Source: Camelus ferus (lineage: Eukaryota). From it: a DNA stretch of 64,000 bases. Positions 39,180 to 53,310 of the stretch are shown piece after piece. The position numbers and the translations under genes are program-made. The notes below the pieces were generated by a model. That model was given only the letters and a program-made list of their open reading frames with translations, had not been told where the DNA came from and searched no databases. The stretch is taken from contig NC_045696.1 of NCBI RefSeq assembly GCF_009834535.1, positions 12,402,001-12,466,000 on the forward strand, given 5' to 3'. How positions within the stretch are numbered: the stretch's first letter is position 1; every line of letters begins with the position of its first letter.

Positions 39180-39402
39180 CAAAGTTTGGCAAATACTCTC
39201 TATAAAAGGCCAGCTAGTAAAGAATTTAGGATTTGCAGCCCATAAGGCCTTTATCACAAACTATTCAGCTCCGATTGTTGAGCAAAAGCAACCATAGACA
39301 ACACATAAATGAAAGAATATGGCAGTGTCTCAATAAAGCTGTACTTATAGAAACAGATGATGTGTTAGATTTGGCCCGGGGGCCATGGTTTGCCAGTGAC
39401 TG
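39180..39402 (+). mobile_element. MER58A MITE
   Basis: TTGGCAAA...AAAGGCCAG..AGTAAA...AAAGCAACCATAGACAA...CAATAAAGCT...GATTTGGCCC...GTTTGCC. Confidence 0.8.
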
Positions 39403-39584
39403 ATTTAGACACAATAGCACAAGTTCTTTGTTATAAAAGTGCACTTTTAAAACTCATCAACACACATAGCATGGAGAAAAACTTAAAGTAGGGGTCAGAG
39501 AGCCTAGGATGTAGCCTCAGCTCTACCAGTTTCTGATACTCTGTTTCCTCATTTTAAATGGAAACAAGAAGATAAGTACAATCT

Positions 39585-40328
39585 TGTAAAATACATCCCA
39601 CAAATGTTTTTACATGCCCCCCTTCAAAAAACTAACATCTGTCTAGTCTGCATATGCCTGCAGAATAGATAAACAAGATTACACTGTATAGCACAGAAAA
39701 TATATACAAGATCTTGTGGTAGCTCACAGTGGAAAAAAAAATATGACAATGAATATATGTATGTTCATGTATAACTGAAAAATTGTGCTCTAAACTGGAG
39801 TTTGATACAACATTGTAAAATGACTATAATTCAATTAAAAAATGTTAAAAAAAAAAAAAAACTAACATCTAATTCCCTTCCCCTTGAATATGGACTGGAC
39901 ATAGTGACTCATTCCAAATGAATAGAACATTGCTGAAGTGGCATTTACATAATTTCCAATGATAAGTTAGAAAAATATAGTTCAGTCTCAACCTGACTCT
40001 CCCTTGAGGTACTCACTCTTAGAACTTAACCACCAAGCTATGAGAAAGCCAAGTGGCCAAATGGAAAGGTCACACAGAGGTGTTCTGACCATAACCCCAG
40101 CACAGGTCCCAGCTGACAGTCAGCATCATCTGTCAGTCAGACATGCAAATGAGCAAGCTATCCCACGGTTTTAGTCCCCAGACTTTGGGCTGGTCCAGTA
40201 AATGCCCAGGGAAACAGAAACATTCATCTCCACAAGCTCCACATAAATTGAAGAAACTTAAATAAAACAAATATCACTTTTTTAAGTTCTAAGTTTGGGG
40301 ATGATATGTGACATAACAATAGATTACA
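39585..40328 (+). mobile_element. Old MaLR LTR (MLT1G/H-like) interrupted by an L1
   Basis: TCCCTTCCCTTGAATATGGACTGGAC..AGTGACTC...GAGAAAGCCAAG...GTCCCAGCTGACAG..CAGCATCA...CTAAGTTTGGGG. Confidence 0.7.
39641..39855 (+). mobile_element. Young L1 3' end with a ~20-nt inverted 5' segment
   Basis: Perfect 15-bp TSD AAAAAACTAACATCT (39626-39640 and 39856-39870), poly(A); tail closely similar to 51420-51600. Confidence 0.9.
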
Positions 40329-43300
40329 TCTTTATATTACTGCAATATAAAGGTGTCCAGGGACTTCCCAGTTATTACTGTAGAAGAATTTTGTAGAAAT
40401 CTCCCAAATCTATTAACCTGCTGAGTTGGATCTCAGTACCATGCACAAGTGTATGTGCTCAGCTGTCTATTGTAGAAAGCTTCCCAACACTCCAAAGAGA
40501 GGACAAATAAAATGGCCAAACATACTATCAAAAGCCACAGAGAGGATTTAAGAGGCAGAACTCAATGACCTAACCTAGACTTTGACCAAAACTCTCAGCC
40601 TGACATTTCTACCTCTTTCAAAAAGGATGTCACAGGACTTCTGATGACCAACCTAGATCAGAACTAGAGTTGGTCAAAACATCTTTATATGAAATGAAAC
40701 ACCACTGCAAACTAATAGGCTGGTGAATTTTGAACTAGAAACTTTTGCCTCTATTTTGGCCAGAGTACTTTTCAACAGAAGGATAAATCATATTTTTTAA
40801 AAAATTCCTCCTAAAAGACATGAATAGCTACAGGTAAGTTACAATTGGTTCATTTAAGTTTCTTTCTGAAGTTCAAGGTAATAAAATGGAGTTCGGAGTT
40901 TAGGGGGAACAGAACGTCCACACTTTGGATCTAAATATTAGGTCTATGTTTGTGATATTTTTTCATGAGGATGGAGATGATACTGAGAGTGAAAGAAAAG
41001 AGAGAGAGAATAAACCTCGAAACATGAGTGTGTAACTTGATATGATGATGTGCAGATATGCAGGTATGAGAAATAAGGGTGATGGTTGCATCAGTGAGTA
41101 GATGCCAGTGAAAATAAACATCAACATTCCAGGATAAGCCTTAAAGAGAACAGAATATGAGACAATCCTTCAACTTTCTTTCCTTACAGTACCTTTTCTC
41201 GTTCCCAAAATGACACCCTCTAGTGACACTGACCTACTTACTCCTTCTCCATCTTACCAATATGTCCCAAAGTGCCGTAACTTTGCCACTCCAGGAACTT
41301 TTCCTGGAATGTCCTCAGAGTGGTGTTTTGAAATGGAAAAATATCAAGTCACGCAGTCCTAGATTTGGAGGTCACATCTGCCTCCGGCTAACTGCGTAAA
41401 CTCGAGCCTTTGTTATTTACGACCATCAATTTCAAGACCTGTAAAATAGAGATAGAATATCCTCCGTATGATGGTGATGCAGTCCAAGTCAGACAAGACT
41501 GACGGAACACTCACCACATCATAGGATAACATGGAGGGCAAGTTCGGTAAAGGATAACGTCCCCAGGCCCCCTAGTGTCCTACTCAGTGACTCCATACTT
41601 ACTCCCTGCAATCCTGATGCAGTGGCTCTGCCTCTGTACAGACCTTGCCAAGGCCCCCAAGGAGAGTTGGACTTCTTTCTCCAGGCTGTCATAGCACAAT
41701 GGCCACACTGTACTGACTTAATGTGATTATGTGTCTGCTACCTCACATAGATCTGGGGCCTTATTAATTCTTTGTGTGTTTTGTCCCTTCTTGATGAGAG
41801 TCTAGAAATTTTTTTGCTTTGTAATAAAGGCATTTATAAACATGTCATTTATAAAAATTAGTGTCATTGGAGAGAATTGACATGTGGATTACTCAGTATT
41901 TGAAAATGTTCTAGTCTGCATTTTAGAGGCCATTGCTCCCCCCTCATCTGGCTCCCACTCGCCCCACTGTCGCCATTATTTGATTTGATTTATGGCTGGT
42001 CCCTGCTCTTCTTTATGACCTTGCCTCTCATGTTTTTTCAAGTCAAGAGCTGGGCTTTTGTTGTTATTGTTGTGGTGGTGTTGGTGGTGGGTTTTTTTTT
42101 TGTAAACCTAGACTCTTATTAATGAAATATGACCAATCAACGTTATAAAGTACTCTTGAAATGTGTAAATCAACATACTACACATTGCCCAAAGGGGCAG
42201 TACGAATTGCAAAAGGTGGAAAAACCACTGCTGTACAAGTTTGCTTTTAGAAATGCATTTTTCTCCTAGGTGAGGTGTTATGTTCAAAAAGAGATTAAAC
42301 TCAGATCCCTATACTCAATCTACATATTCTTAAACTGCTATATATTTCTAGAAATAATAATTATAATGTAGTTAGTGGCCTACAGAGTATTTAATATGGC
42401 ACAAGCACAAAACTAATAACTTTTTACATGTCATCTCATTTTTATCACCATGGCAAAACTTAAGAGAGAGGTATTATCATTGTGTCAATTCCCCAGGTAA
42501 GGAATCCAATTAACATTAAACTAATTCAGATTTTATCAGCCTGGTTTGAACATTTCATACAATTTATACATGGACTCATAGTGGCAGAATTAACCTCTAC
42601 CTAAGGTTTATGATTTTTTTATTATTACCTTGTCTAGTAGTTGGATAAGAGTGTCAATGACCTGTGTCAGACTTTACTGGTCATCAGTAAAGTGAATTCA
42701 ATTATCTGATTGCCTTCTCTCATCTTAGTGCTCACGTTAATGGGAAACAGATAAATACATTTCATTAGAAAATTAGAAAGCAGAGAAAGAAAAAGTCACG
42801 AAAAGTTCAGGAATGGATGCTTCTTAACACAAGCACTAAAGGGAAGGGATCTGGGCAGTCAGAGGACTCCACAGACACAGCCATCTTTGTGAGCAGATGA
42901 AACATTCAAAGAAAAAATTAGCCCATCCTGGTAGTCATATTTATTTTCTTTTACCAAAGCTGCAGAGGTCTAAGGCTTAAAGTAAGCCATTGTTTCATTT
43001 CATTCATCATCATCATCATTTCACTTCATTCATCACTCCACTGACCTTGATGTAATAAACAGAAAACTAGTCTGAAGTAGACTTTTCAAGTTATATCTAC
43101 TATAGAATTACTCCAACATATCCAAGGATTCTCCAAAATAAAATCATGTACTCTTTATAGAACAAATATTCTTATTGATATACATTTTACTCCAACACAC
43201 ATATTCTTTCAGGATAGAGTCTCAGGCACTGAAGGGTACCTAACATGGTCCACTAGTCTCTGAAGGATAGACTTGGGGTCACTTTTGCAGTCCATCAAAT

Positions 43301-44011
43301 GTGGTTGATTCTTTCTTCCTGGCATCTTCCTAGACCATCACTGTGGATTGGACCCAATAAGAAATCTTTCATGAGAGCAAACTCCAAAAACTGGACCTCC
43401 TAGAGGGAGGATAACGGAGGGAGAGCACACTGTGCTTCAGTGAGAGCAGCTGCCCTCGAGAAATAAAAGGTAAATTTTCTTATACTCCCATCCTATGATT
43501 AGCTTCTCCAGGAATTTTGCTATTTACACCCTTGATAAGATTGCCTGTATGCAAGTTATAAGACACCACTAAGTTGTTTCTAGATGAGATCAGTACATAT
43601 GCTGGTTTGACTACCTCATCAAAACTGACTACAAGTTTTATAGCTACGCAAACCAGGCATCCCGAATGAATTGATGCTGGTACGCTTAGTGGTGCTGATT
43701 AGTGCCCCAGCAAGAACTGGACTTAGAATCACAATTCATATATTCAACACTCTGCCACTTTGCCATGAGGCACTGTCATGTAGTAAAAGACATCATCTTT
43801 GACATCCTACAGTCCTAAATTCGAATAAAGCCTCTGATATTTATAAGATACAAAAAAAGAAAAAAATAATTAACCTCTTTGTGCCTTATTTTCCACACAT
43901 TTAAACTAAAAGCAGTAATACTTCCCCTGCAATATTATTTTGAGAATTCGAGATAAATGTTACAAAATGTATGATGTAATTGGTGCACACACAATAGAAA
44001 TTATTAATATT

Positions 44012-45095
44012 ATTAAAACAGAAAAAATACAATAGAGAAAATCAAAACTAAAATGCTGGGTTTGAAATGCCTAACAAAATGCATAAAGCCCTACAAAGAC
44101 TGATTTTTGAAAAAGGAAGGAAGGTAGAAAGAAAGAAGTGAAGAAGGGAGGGAGGGAGGAAGGAAGGAAGCATCAGGAACCAACTACCAGTATAAGAAAT
44201 AAATGTGGGGCATAACTACAGGTCCTACACACATCAGAAGTTTATTAGGAAAATATTTTGAAGATATGTATGTTCAAAATAATTCAATAAATTTGGCAAC
44301 CGAGATGAAATAGACAAACGCTTTGAAGAAATGTAACTCTCCAAAACTGATACAAAAAAAGAGAAAATCTGCATAGCACTAAAGAAACTGAAGTCATAAT
44401 TTAAAACCTTCCCACAAAGCTACAAAGGAAGCTTCAGACCAAGTTGGCTTCCTTGAAGAATTCTATCAAACATTCACTACCAGTCTTACATAAACTCCTA
44501 GAACATAAGGAAATACTTTTTAATTGATATTATGAGATCTGCATTACCTAATACCAAAACCTAATGAGGACATTACAAGAAAAAAATTATAGAAAAAAAA
44601 CCCTTATGAACATAAACACAAATATTCTTATCAAAATATTAGTAAATCAAATCCAGCAATGTATAATGAAATAATACATCATGACCAAGTATTCAAGACT
44701 GCCTTTACAACTGTAAATCAGTCAATTTAATTGATTAACAGAATAGAAGGTAAAAATCATGTGAATATATCAACACATGCCAAAAAAAGTGCTTGACAAA
44801 ATTCAACAAAAACTTTTAAAAAACTCTCTTAGCAAAATAGAAGTACAGGAGAACTAATTCAATCTTATAATAGACATCTGCCAAAAACCTACAGCTAATA
44901 TAGGACTTAATGGTGAAACACTGAACACTTTTCAAGATCAAGGGTGTTGACTTTTACCACTTTTATTTAGTATCATCTCAGAAGTCTTAATTAATGAAAT
45001 AAGGTTGTAAAAATTCGGTTAGTTGATAAAGATTGCAAAGAAGGACACAAGAATGTATTGAGACTACATGACTGTATATACAGCAAATCCTAAAG
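44012..45095 (+). mobile_element. Old L1 ORF2 fragment (contains a GGAA-rich tract at ~44113-44170)
   Basis: Degenerate ORF2 motifs (GAATTCTATCAAACATT, GCATTACCTAATACCAAAACC, TTGACAAAATTCAACA, AAAACCTACAGCTAA...TAATGGTGAAA). Confidence 0.8.
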
Positions 45096-46670
45096 GATAC
45101 TATTGATATTCAGAGTATCACTAATGTCAAATTAATTCTATGCTAAGGAACAAGAGAAATATCCACTTATTGTCAGCATGCTTTGTCAGTTAACATACTA
45201 ATCAGCAAATTACAGGTTGTATTTGACTTTATTTCCATGTAGAAGAGTGATATTAACTCAAGAATAAAACATATGTAGCTTGAGTATCTACCATCAAAAT
45301 TGGTCTTCGCCCTCAAGGAGTTTTCAGTCTTATAAATTCCAAGACTTTATATAGAACTTGGATCACACTTACATTTTATAAATAAATTCACAATTAACTG
45401 GTATGCATGTTGGCTCTTCTGCCCAGAAACTACAACTTACTGGTCGGCCCCGCACTGTTACTGTATACATAAATCAGTTGTTCCCATGGCCATTTACTAG
45501 TACGATGGGATAATAGGTAAATCTGAGAAACCTGTGTGCTTTTACTGAAGGCAGCTAAGTGGGAATTTGGGGAGCAGCATCTCACACTGAAGCCAGGGGA
45601 CGGAGGAGGACTAGAGGGGCTCTCAAGCAGAAAGGAATGAGCAGGAGGCTATTTGGGCACCTGATTCTAGAAAGAAGCAGAAGCAAAGAATGGGTCCAGG
45701 TCTAAGAGGGAATAATAATAATGCCAAGCAGTTGAAAAGTGGGTGTGCACAGAACTTCCGCACACGTGACAGGGAAGCAATGACTTGAATGGTTAGCAGA
45801 TCAGTATTTCTGAGCCCATTTATGGTTCAGGTCATACCTCTTAACAGACTGGCAGGTCGTGGGAAAGCCAGAGCTTCTGGCGATAAGACTGCAGCCATTT
45901 CAAGACATATTATCAGAAATTATTAAAAACAAATGAAAAACAATGGCTATTTCAGTAGGCAGAACTGAAGCGAAAGAAGACGTATTTTCACATCTTTCTT
46001 TGTATAATTTAGTGGGACTAAAGGTAGTAGAATTGTAAGTGATTTTTCCTTCTTTTGTGTGTGTGTTTTTCCGTATTTTTAAAAAAGGGTAATTGAATTA
46101 ATATCATGGGGTCAGCAAAATGTTAGCAAAGTATGTGAAGTGTTACATGGCAGTGTCACTCCCACCTTAAAGCCATTCTTCCACGCAAAGTACTCTTCTG
46201 AGCTCAACCACTATTTGGGCCACCAAAATTACCTTGCTTTCCTTCTATTTTTATTTGTATTATTATATTTAATAGTACTTGCTATAATATATAAAGTAAC
46301 ACATTATATAATATATTGTATAAAATATTTATAGTCATTTTATGTACAAATGTGATATTTTCTGATTATGGTACATAATTATTTTATGTACCATTAGATT
46401 TATTGTGAATTACTATTATTCTATTTTATTATTGCATCCTATTCAGTCACTTTACTTTGATCTATCATAGCCCTTGTAGGTTTCAATATATTGTATCCCA
46501 AAATACATGCATTTAGGGTGGGTTAGAGAAATAAAGTTCTATCGGAAACAAAATTTTAGTCTGGAAAGAATGAAAGTTGCTTTGTCTTATAAGGACAGAA
46601 ACTCATTCCAGAAGGGAAAAAAAATGCAAACCCACCTTAAAAGTTGCAAGACATGTCTTTGGCAGTGATC

Positions 46671-46702
<32 letters not shown>

Positions 46703-47409
46703 GTAGCCACTGGATTAGCTAGAGCCCTGTTGGATGAGCCAGGAGACTTGGAAATGTTCGGAGAATTCAGGGTCAGTGTGACCTTTTGTGTGCTCAGTTC
46801 TTGGGAAAATTGCTAGCTTAAAACGTCCAGGAATGTTTTGTAGAAAGCCAGGCAAATGGCTATAAACAAGAGAAGTAGTTACTATTCCAAAACTGAAACT
46901 AGGCTAACATGTTGGAGAAGATCATTTACTGCTCCAGAAATTTGCAAAAAGAGATGATGGCAGCATAAATTTATGACAGTTTTATCAAATAACTAAAATG
47001 CTTCGCATGTGACCTTTATTTTGAACATGCTGTTAGTTATAATTTCTCTGTATCATCTATAAGTTTGTTAAAATGTTTTCCTTAAACAAAAATGAGCTGA
47101 AAAAAAGGCATCCAGAATATTATTAGTGATTGATCAGTCAAAAAAAAAAAAAAAGCAGAGTTCTTTACGTCTTATGAACAAAATTTGGTTCTGATGGTCA
47201 CGAAAGTAGGTAAGCTGAAACATTTAGAGTGATCATTGCTGAAAAGACTAGAAAAATTAGGGTCAGCTTCCTGAAGATTTGTATGTTCCCTTGAGTTTTG
47301 AGAAAGCAATGAAATAAAGTGAAGGAGTTGAGGTGATGTAGAGGAGACCCAGATAGAAGATTTTAAGGCATTTTTACAACTCAAAGAGAAGTGATCAGAT
47401 CATGTTGTA

Positions 47410-47660
47410 TGGTAGATAAGAGCATGGTGTTGAAGCCAGACAAGGGTGAATTTACAGCCGGGCTTCCCATTTATGCCACACAAAACTTATGAACGCATGC
47501 TCTCTGAGCCTCAGTTTACTTCCCCGTAAACTGGGGGTTAGAAGATTGCTAGGCTCATAGAATTGATATGTATAATAAATGAGATAAAAATGAAAAGCAA
47601 TTAGCAACTTCTTAGGATGGTTGTTATATAACCATAATAAATGAGTTTTTGTTATGTAAA
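47410..47660 (+). mobile_element. MIR SINE
   Basis: AAGAGCATGGTGTTGAAGCCAGAC...CTCTCTGAGCCTCAGTTT...GTAAACTGGGG...AAATGAGATAA. Confidence 0.7.
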
Positions 47661-48519
47661 CATAATAAGTGGTAATTTTATTATGATAATGGAAAGCAAA
47701 AAGTCTAACCAGGGTATTGTGTTTCACCTCCTTGATAATATTTTTCATTAAGCCTGCATTTAACATATAATATAGAACGTATTTTCCTCCCAAGGGAAAA
47801 TCTTAACATTTTACTGTTTCTTTTAATCTTCTTTTTGTTTCTACTAATCCTAACAAGACAATGTATTCCTTCCTCTCCCTAACGATTATCCTCCGACAGG
47901 ATAAATGAGAGAAAATCCAGCTTCAGCTGCCAGCCTGATGTATTTTGCAGCATCTAAAATAAAAAGGAGCAGAAATACTTGTTCCGATCATGCTACAGCT
48001 CCCAGGGCTGAGATGGGGTCATTAGAAGTCCATGTGCCATGGTCCTCAGCACAGCTCTGCCAATTCCTAAAAAAAGATGTGTTCATATTGTTCAATTGTT
48101 CATGTGTTCAGGATTGTTCATATTGGTTGATTCATTCATATGTGTTTTTAAAAAGGAACAAGTATTTATTGAACACTCACCATATGCCAGAGCACTGTAT
48201 AGATGCACTGGATAAAATATATGTGTGTGTGTATATATATATGAGTAAAACATGGTCCCTTATTTCAGAGGAACCAAGTTTTGGGCAGAAACATATTCTC
48301 AACATGCTAAATTAACCAGTTATTTTGACTTTATATAGCACACAAGATTTTGTTCCACTCAACATGAATATGGGGTATAATAGAACTATAGCTTTTTCAT
48401 TAATAGAATTAAATTGCAGCACATACTATGCCACTGAAGGACATATTCCTGCTTTTAATGTTCACTCTAGCCATCTTAAATACTTTGTGGAAACAAGTTC
48501 AACTAATAAAAATTCAATA

Positions 48520-49320
48520 TTTCTATTAAATAAAATGGGTTAATGAACTCACTGACAGTTATATAATCATAGACTTAATTGAAAATGTTATCAAAGATGA
48601 ACTTCCAAAGGCCCAAATGGTTTCAGAGTTGAATTTTTTTCAAATGTTTATGTAATGTTGTATTGTTCAAACTATTCCTTATCTTACAAAAAGAAAAATA
48701 TTTCACTATGAAAGTCATAATAGTAATAAGAAAATTTTATATATCACAAAACTTACAGGCAAATGTCAGTAGTGAGTATAGATTTTAAAGTCGGAATAAA
48801 CTATTTGTAAAATCATACAGTAAACCTTATAAGTATGTCATATTTATATCATTTATAAATATATAAGTCACACTTATATATGTTTTACCACATTTATAAG
48901 TCAAAGAAGAAAAATCCAATAGGTATCCAACACTTAATTTATCAAATTTAGCTTCCATTCTTGACTGTTTTTTACAACTTAGATGAATATTAATTTAATA
49001 TAGAAAATATATACATATTTATGTGTATATAAATAAACGAACAAAAGTCACATCAAATGGTGAAATTAAATGCATTCCTATTAAATTCAGTCATAGGCAA
49101 AGATGTCCACGGTTTCCATAACTATCTAACATTTTCCTGTAAGTACCATTCACTGAAATACAGTATAAAAATAAATGAGATGTGAAAATACTAAAGAGAA
49201 AGAAACACCACTGCAATTATTACAGGTGACTTAATTTTATATCTTGGAAGTCCCAACTGGAAAACAGTAAGCTCAGAAAGGTGGCACATTGTAAAAATAA
49301 AATACCTATAAATCAACAGT
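48520..49320 (+). mobile_element. Very old L1 (L1ME-like) ORF2 fragment
   Basis: AGGCCCAAATGGTTTCA...TTCAAACTATTCC...AAATGGTGAAA..AAATGCATTCC...GGCAAAGATGTCCAC. Confidence 0.55.
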
Positions 49321-49654
49321 CAGTTGGAGCATTCCAGTCTCTTGAAGTCTAGTTAATATGAGCCATTCTATGCACCGTGGAAGTTCAAAGCCCTTCTCAA
49401 CATTTCTTTTTAATTTCCAGGAGGCTTATGTTCCCATAGTCACATTTGGCTCTGGGCTCCTGTTTTGACATGTGCTATATCTCTTTCCTCACAATATCAT
49501 TTTGCTTGAGTTAGAAAATTGTATTAAATAGTAAGTATATAGGCTTTAAAATAGAAGTATGTACAGAAGCAGTATTCATTTACTTATTTTTTCAACCATG
49601 TAAAAATCAGGCAACATTTATAAATCTATTAAATAAAAACTATATATATGTACA

Positions 49655-49662
<8 letters not shown>

Positions 49663-49690
<28 letters not shown>
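49663..49690. repeat. (TA)n microsatellite
   Basis: Perfect run of ~14 units. Confidence 0.9.
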
Positions 49691-49694
<4 letters not shown>

Positions 49695-50699
49695 TCACTT
49701 TTTGATTATTTATTGAAGGGAAAATGGCATAACATTTTAAATTGAAATTATATGTCCCTTATTCTTCATTCTGTAGAGTGACTATTTCATAAGTTTTAAA
49801 TTTACTGAAAGGAAGAAATTTGTTAACTCTGTTAAAGCAATAGCATGCTACTGAAATCTCCACAAGACAGAATTTCCTGTTTATATCTCTTGAAAATTGT
49901 CACTACAAATGTTAGAGATGTTTGAGTTGAATGTTTAACCTGTAAGTAATATGATTATAATTTCATGAGTGCATTAGCTTTAACTTGCATGTTACAAACC
50001 TCGTACTTCTAAATTTTAATTTTGTTTCAGTTATCTTAATAAATTGATACGTCCATCTCAGCATTACTTGAGAAGCTGTGAATATTTTAAATCATTAAAG
50101 CAGTCTCTAAAATGCCTTCCACCAAACACAGAGATTTATTCTTGGGAAAAATATTTCCTAGAGAAAAATATCACTGCAAGTAACTCTTTAAAAAGAAATA
50201 ATGCTGAGTAGCTCTTTGTTTAAAAAAAAAGGTTTTCTCAGTGATTAAACAAGCAAAATATTTGAAAACGATGTCATATAATTTATAAACATGATGCTCC
50301 TTAAAAATACAAAAATCCCTCAGGACTTTCTTTCTAGATACTGTTGATTGCTTCTGTATTCCTGAGACCACCCTGTCTTATCCTGGTTTGAACCAATTCT
50401 TCAAGCACATTGATCAGTCATCACTGATGAGAAAGAGAAAAGGACTCATATTTCCTGAGTACCTACTTATCACTTGGGTTTCTACGAAGACCTTTCACAT
50501 CTATAATGTTATCCACACTGTGGACACTGAGCTTAAAAAATTTGGATGAGATCAAGAGGAACCAGAACACAAACCTGCACATCTTACCCTTCCTTCCAAT
50601 GAACCACTTGTGTTTCCTTTGCATTTTCACCTTTTGTGGCAGAGGGACCCATCTGTGTCATTTGTTTTGCTCACAAAACAAGAAAGAGCTCTATTGCTG

Positions 50700-52074
50700 T
50701 GTCAATGAAATTTCAATCAACTATCAAGTTAAGAAGAAAAAAAAGGGAATTTTTACTAATTATCAAAGAAATGCAAATCAAAACTACGATGAGATATCAC
50801 TTCACACCAGTCAGAATGGCCATCGTTCAAAAGTCCACAAATGACAAATGCTGGAGAAGCTGCGGAGCAAAGGGAACCCTCCTACACTGCTGGTGGGAAT
50901 GTAGTTTGGTGCAGTCACTGTGGAAAACAGTATGGAGATTCTGCAAAAGACTAGGAATACACTTACCATATGACCCAGGAATCTCACTCCTGGGCATATA
51001 TCCAGAAGGAGCCCTACTTCAAAATGACACCTGCACCCCAATGTTGATAGCAGCACTATTTACAATAACCAACACATGGAAACAGCCTGAATGTCCATCA
51101 ACAGATGACTGGATAAAGAAGAAGTGGTATATTTATACAATGGAATACTATTCAGCCATAAAAATGACAACATAATGCCATTTGCAGCAACATGGATGTC
51201 ATGTCCCTGGAGAATGTCATTCTAAGTGAAGTAAGCCAGAAAGAGAAAGAAAAATACCATATGAGATCGCTCATATGTGGAATCTTAAAAAAAAAAAAAA
51301 GAACATAAATACAAAACAGAAAAAGACTCATAGACATAACGCAAACTTGTGGTTGCCAAGGGGGTAGGAAGGGACAGACTGGGATTTCAAAATTTGTAGA
51401 TACTGACAGGCATATATTGTATAGATAAACAAGATTATACTGCATAGCACAGGGAAATATATACAAGATCTTGTGGTAGCTCACAGTGAAAAAAAATGTG
51501 ACAATGAATATATGTATGTTCAAGTATAACTGAAAAATTATGCTCTACACTGGAATTTGACACAACATTGTAGAATGACTATAACTCAATAAAAAATGTT
51601 TTTTAAAAAAGGGAATTTTATTTGAGCCAAGCTGAAGATTATAACAGAGGAAGTAGAGTCTCAGAAAGCTCTGGGGACTGTACCACCTGTTAGAAGTTGA
51701 AGGCACAGCCATATATATTTTTGAGACAAAGCATCATACATCAAAATGACACAGTGATATTTCACATAAAGTTCACTGAGGAGACATAGTCCAGGTAAGC
51801 ACATACAAGGTAAGAAGGAAGTCATCATGACCCCTACAAAGCTGGGAGGGAACAGTATTCTTTTAAGAAGTTACATTGCTAGCGTCAGAAGAAAGAAAAA
51901 AAATTGATTTTTATGGTTAAGCAACCTTCAACTTGTTTTTGAGGAACTCTGGTTAATGTGTAATGCGACGCTCACTGCGCCTGAGGGACGGAGGAGACCC
52001 AAACAAACATGAAGAGAGAATCGTTTGTTTAACTTTCTCTTGTCTTGCCTTAAAATATAAATTTTATTTCATCA
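50700..52074 (-). mobile_element. ERV1-class solo LTR interrupted by an L1
   Basis: TGTCAATGAAA...TTTCATCA termini; 4-bp flanks GCTG/ACTG; homologous to the LTR at 55756-56213. Confidence 0.75.
50754..51604 (+). mobile_element. Young 5'-truncated L1 (ORF2 C-terminus plus 3'UTR)
   Basis: Translation [18 protein letters not shown]...[15 protein letters not shown]...[13 protein letters not shown]; perfect 15-bp TSD AAAAAAGGGAATTTT (50739-50753 and 51605-51619). Confidence 0.95.
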
Positions 52075-52093
52075 ACTGTGTACTTTTTGATTA

Positions 52094-53310
52094 TTTTTTT
52101 AATCGTGGCATAATTTATATGCAAGAAAATGCCCAGCTTTACAGTGTATAGTTCAACTGATTTTGACAAACATGTACACCCAGATAACCATCACCCAGTG
52201 AAGATACAGAGCAGTCTCAGAAAGTTCCTTCCTTGCCCCTTTCAGCCTATCCCACCCCCATCACCTCTGAGGCAACCACTGTTTAGATTTCTGTAACTTC
52301 ATATAAAGTCACATAAAGGAACTAGACAGCGTGTTCTCTTACCTCCCTGGTTTCTTTCACTCAACTTAAAGTTGTGAAATGCATCCATGCTGTTCTGTGT
52401 ACCAGTAGCTTGTTTCTTTCCTCATTGGGTGTTACTGCATTGTAGAATCATACATAAGGTTGATGGATATTCGGATTTAAAAAAAAAATTTAATGGAGGT
52501 ACTGGAGATTGAACCCAGGACCTCCTACATGCCAAGCATGTGTTCTATCACTGAGCTATGTCCACCCCCTTGGATATTGGACTTTTTTCTGTTTGGGTTT
52601 ATCATGAGTAAAACATCTATGAATATACTAATATAAATCTGTTTGTGGGATGTTTTATTTCTCTTGTATAAATACATAGGAGAGGAATCTCTTGGTCAGA
52701 GGATACATATATGTTTAGTTTTATAAGGAACTGCCAAACCATTGTCCAAAGAGGATGTACCATTTTATTCTTCCGCCTGCATGTCTGAGTTCCAGTTGGT
52801 CCACATCCTCGCCAAAAGTTCCGTCAGCCTTTTTAACTTTAGCCATTCAAGTGGGTGTTGAGTGCTATTTCATTGTAGTCTTCAGGAAAATACATTTCCC
52901 TAACACTAGCGAAGTTGACTATCTTTCCATGAGTTTGTTGGCTGTTCATGTATCTTCTCTTGTGAAATATCTCTGTTTTTTGCCTATGTTAAATTAGGTT
53001 TGTCTTTTAAAATTATCAAGAGTTAGGAGTTTTAAGAATATTTTTAATATGCGTTCTTTGTCAGATATATGTATTTTAAATATTTTGCATAATCTGGGGC
53101 TTGTCCTTTCATTTTCTTAACAACATCTTTGACAAACAGAATTTTAATTTTTTATTAAATGCAACGTACAATTTTCTACTCTTGGTCTTCTCTTTCCTAT
53201 GTCTTATTTAAGAAATCTTTGTCCACCATGTGATTGTGAAGACATTCTCTGGGTTTTCTTTGAGAAGTTCTTATGGCCTTATGATTCATCCCAAATTAAT
53301 TTCTGTGATT
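52094..53310 (-). mobile_element. Old L1 (L1MC/MD-like) 3' fragment, interrupted by a SINE
   Basis: TTTTGACAAACATGTACACCC...GAGGCAACCACTG...AACTGCCAAACC...CCACATCCTCGCCAA...TTCTTTGTCAGATATATG. Confidence 0.75.
52479..52570 (-). mobile_element. tRNA-Ala-derived camelid SINE (vic-1 type)
   Basis: Minus strand GGGGTGGACATAGCTCAGTGATAGAACACATGCTTGGCATG...CCTGGGTTCAATCTCCAGTACCTCCA; imperfect TSD TGGATATTCGGATTT / TGGATATTGGACTTT. Confidence 0.85.

Noticed and set aside
46707..46771. Plus-strand exon candidate (ATGLARALLDEPGDLEMFGEFR)
   Set aside because: The acceptor depends on a poly(T) run, the donor is weak, and I do not recognise the peptide.
50636..51175. 179-aa ORF, the longest in the track
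   Set aside because: It is the L1 ORF2 C-terminus read through from flanking and LTR sequence.
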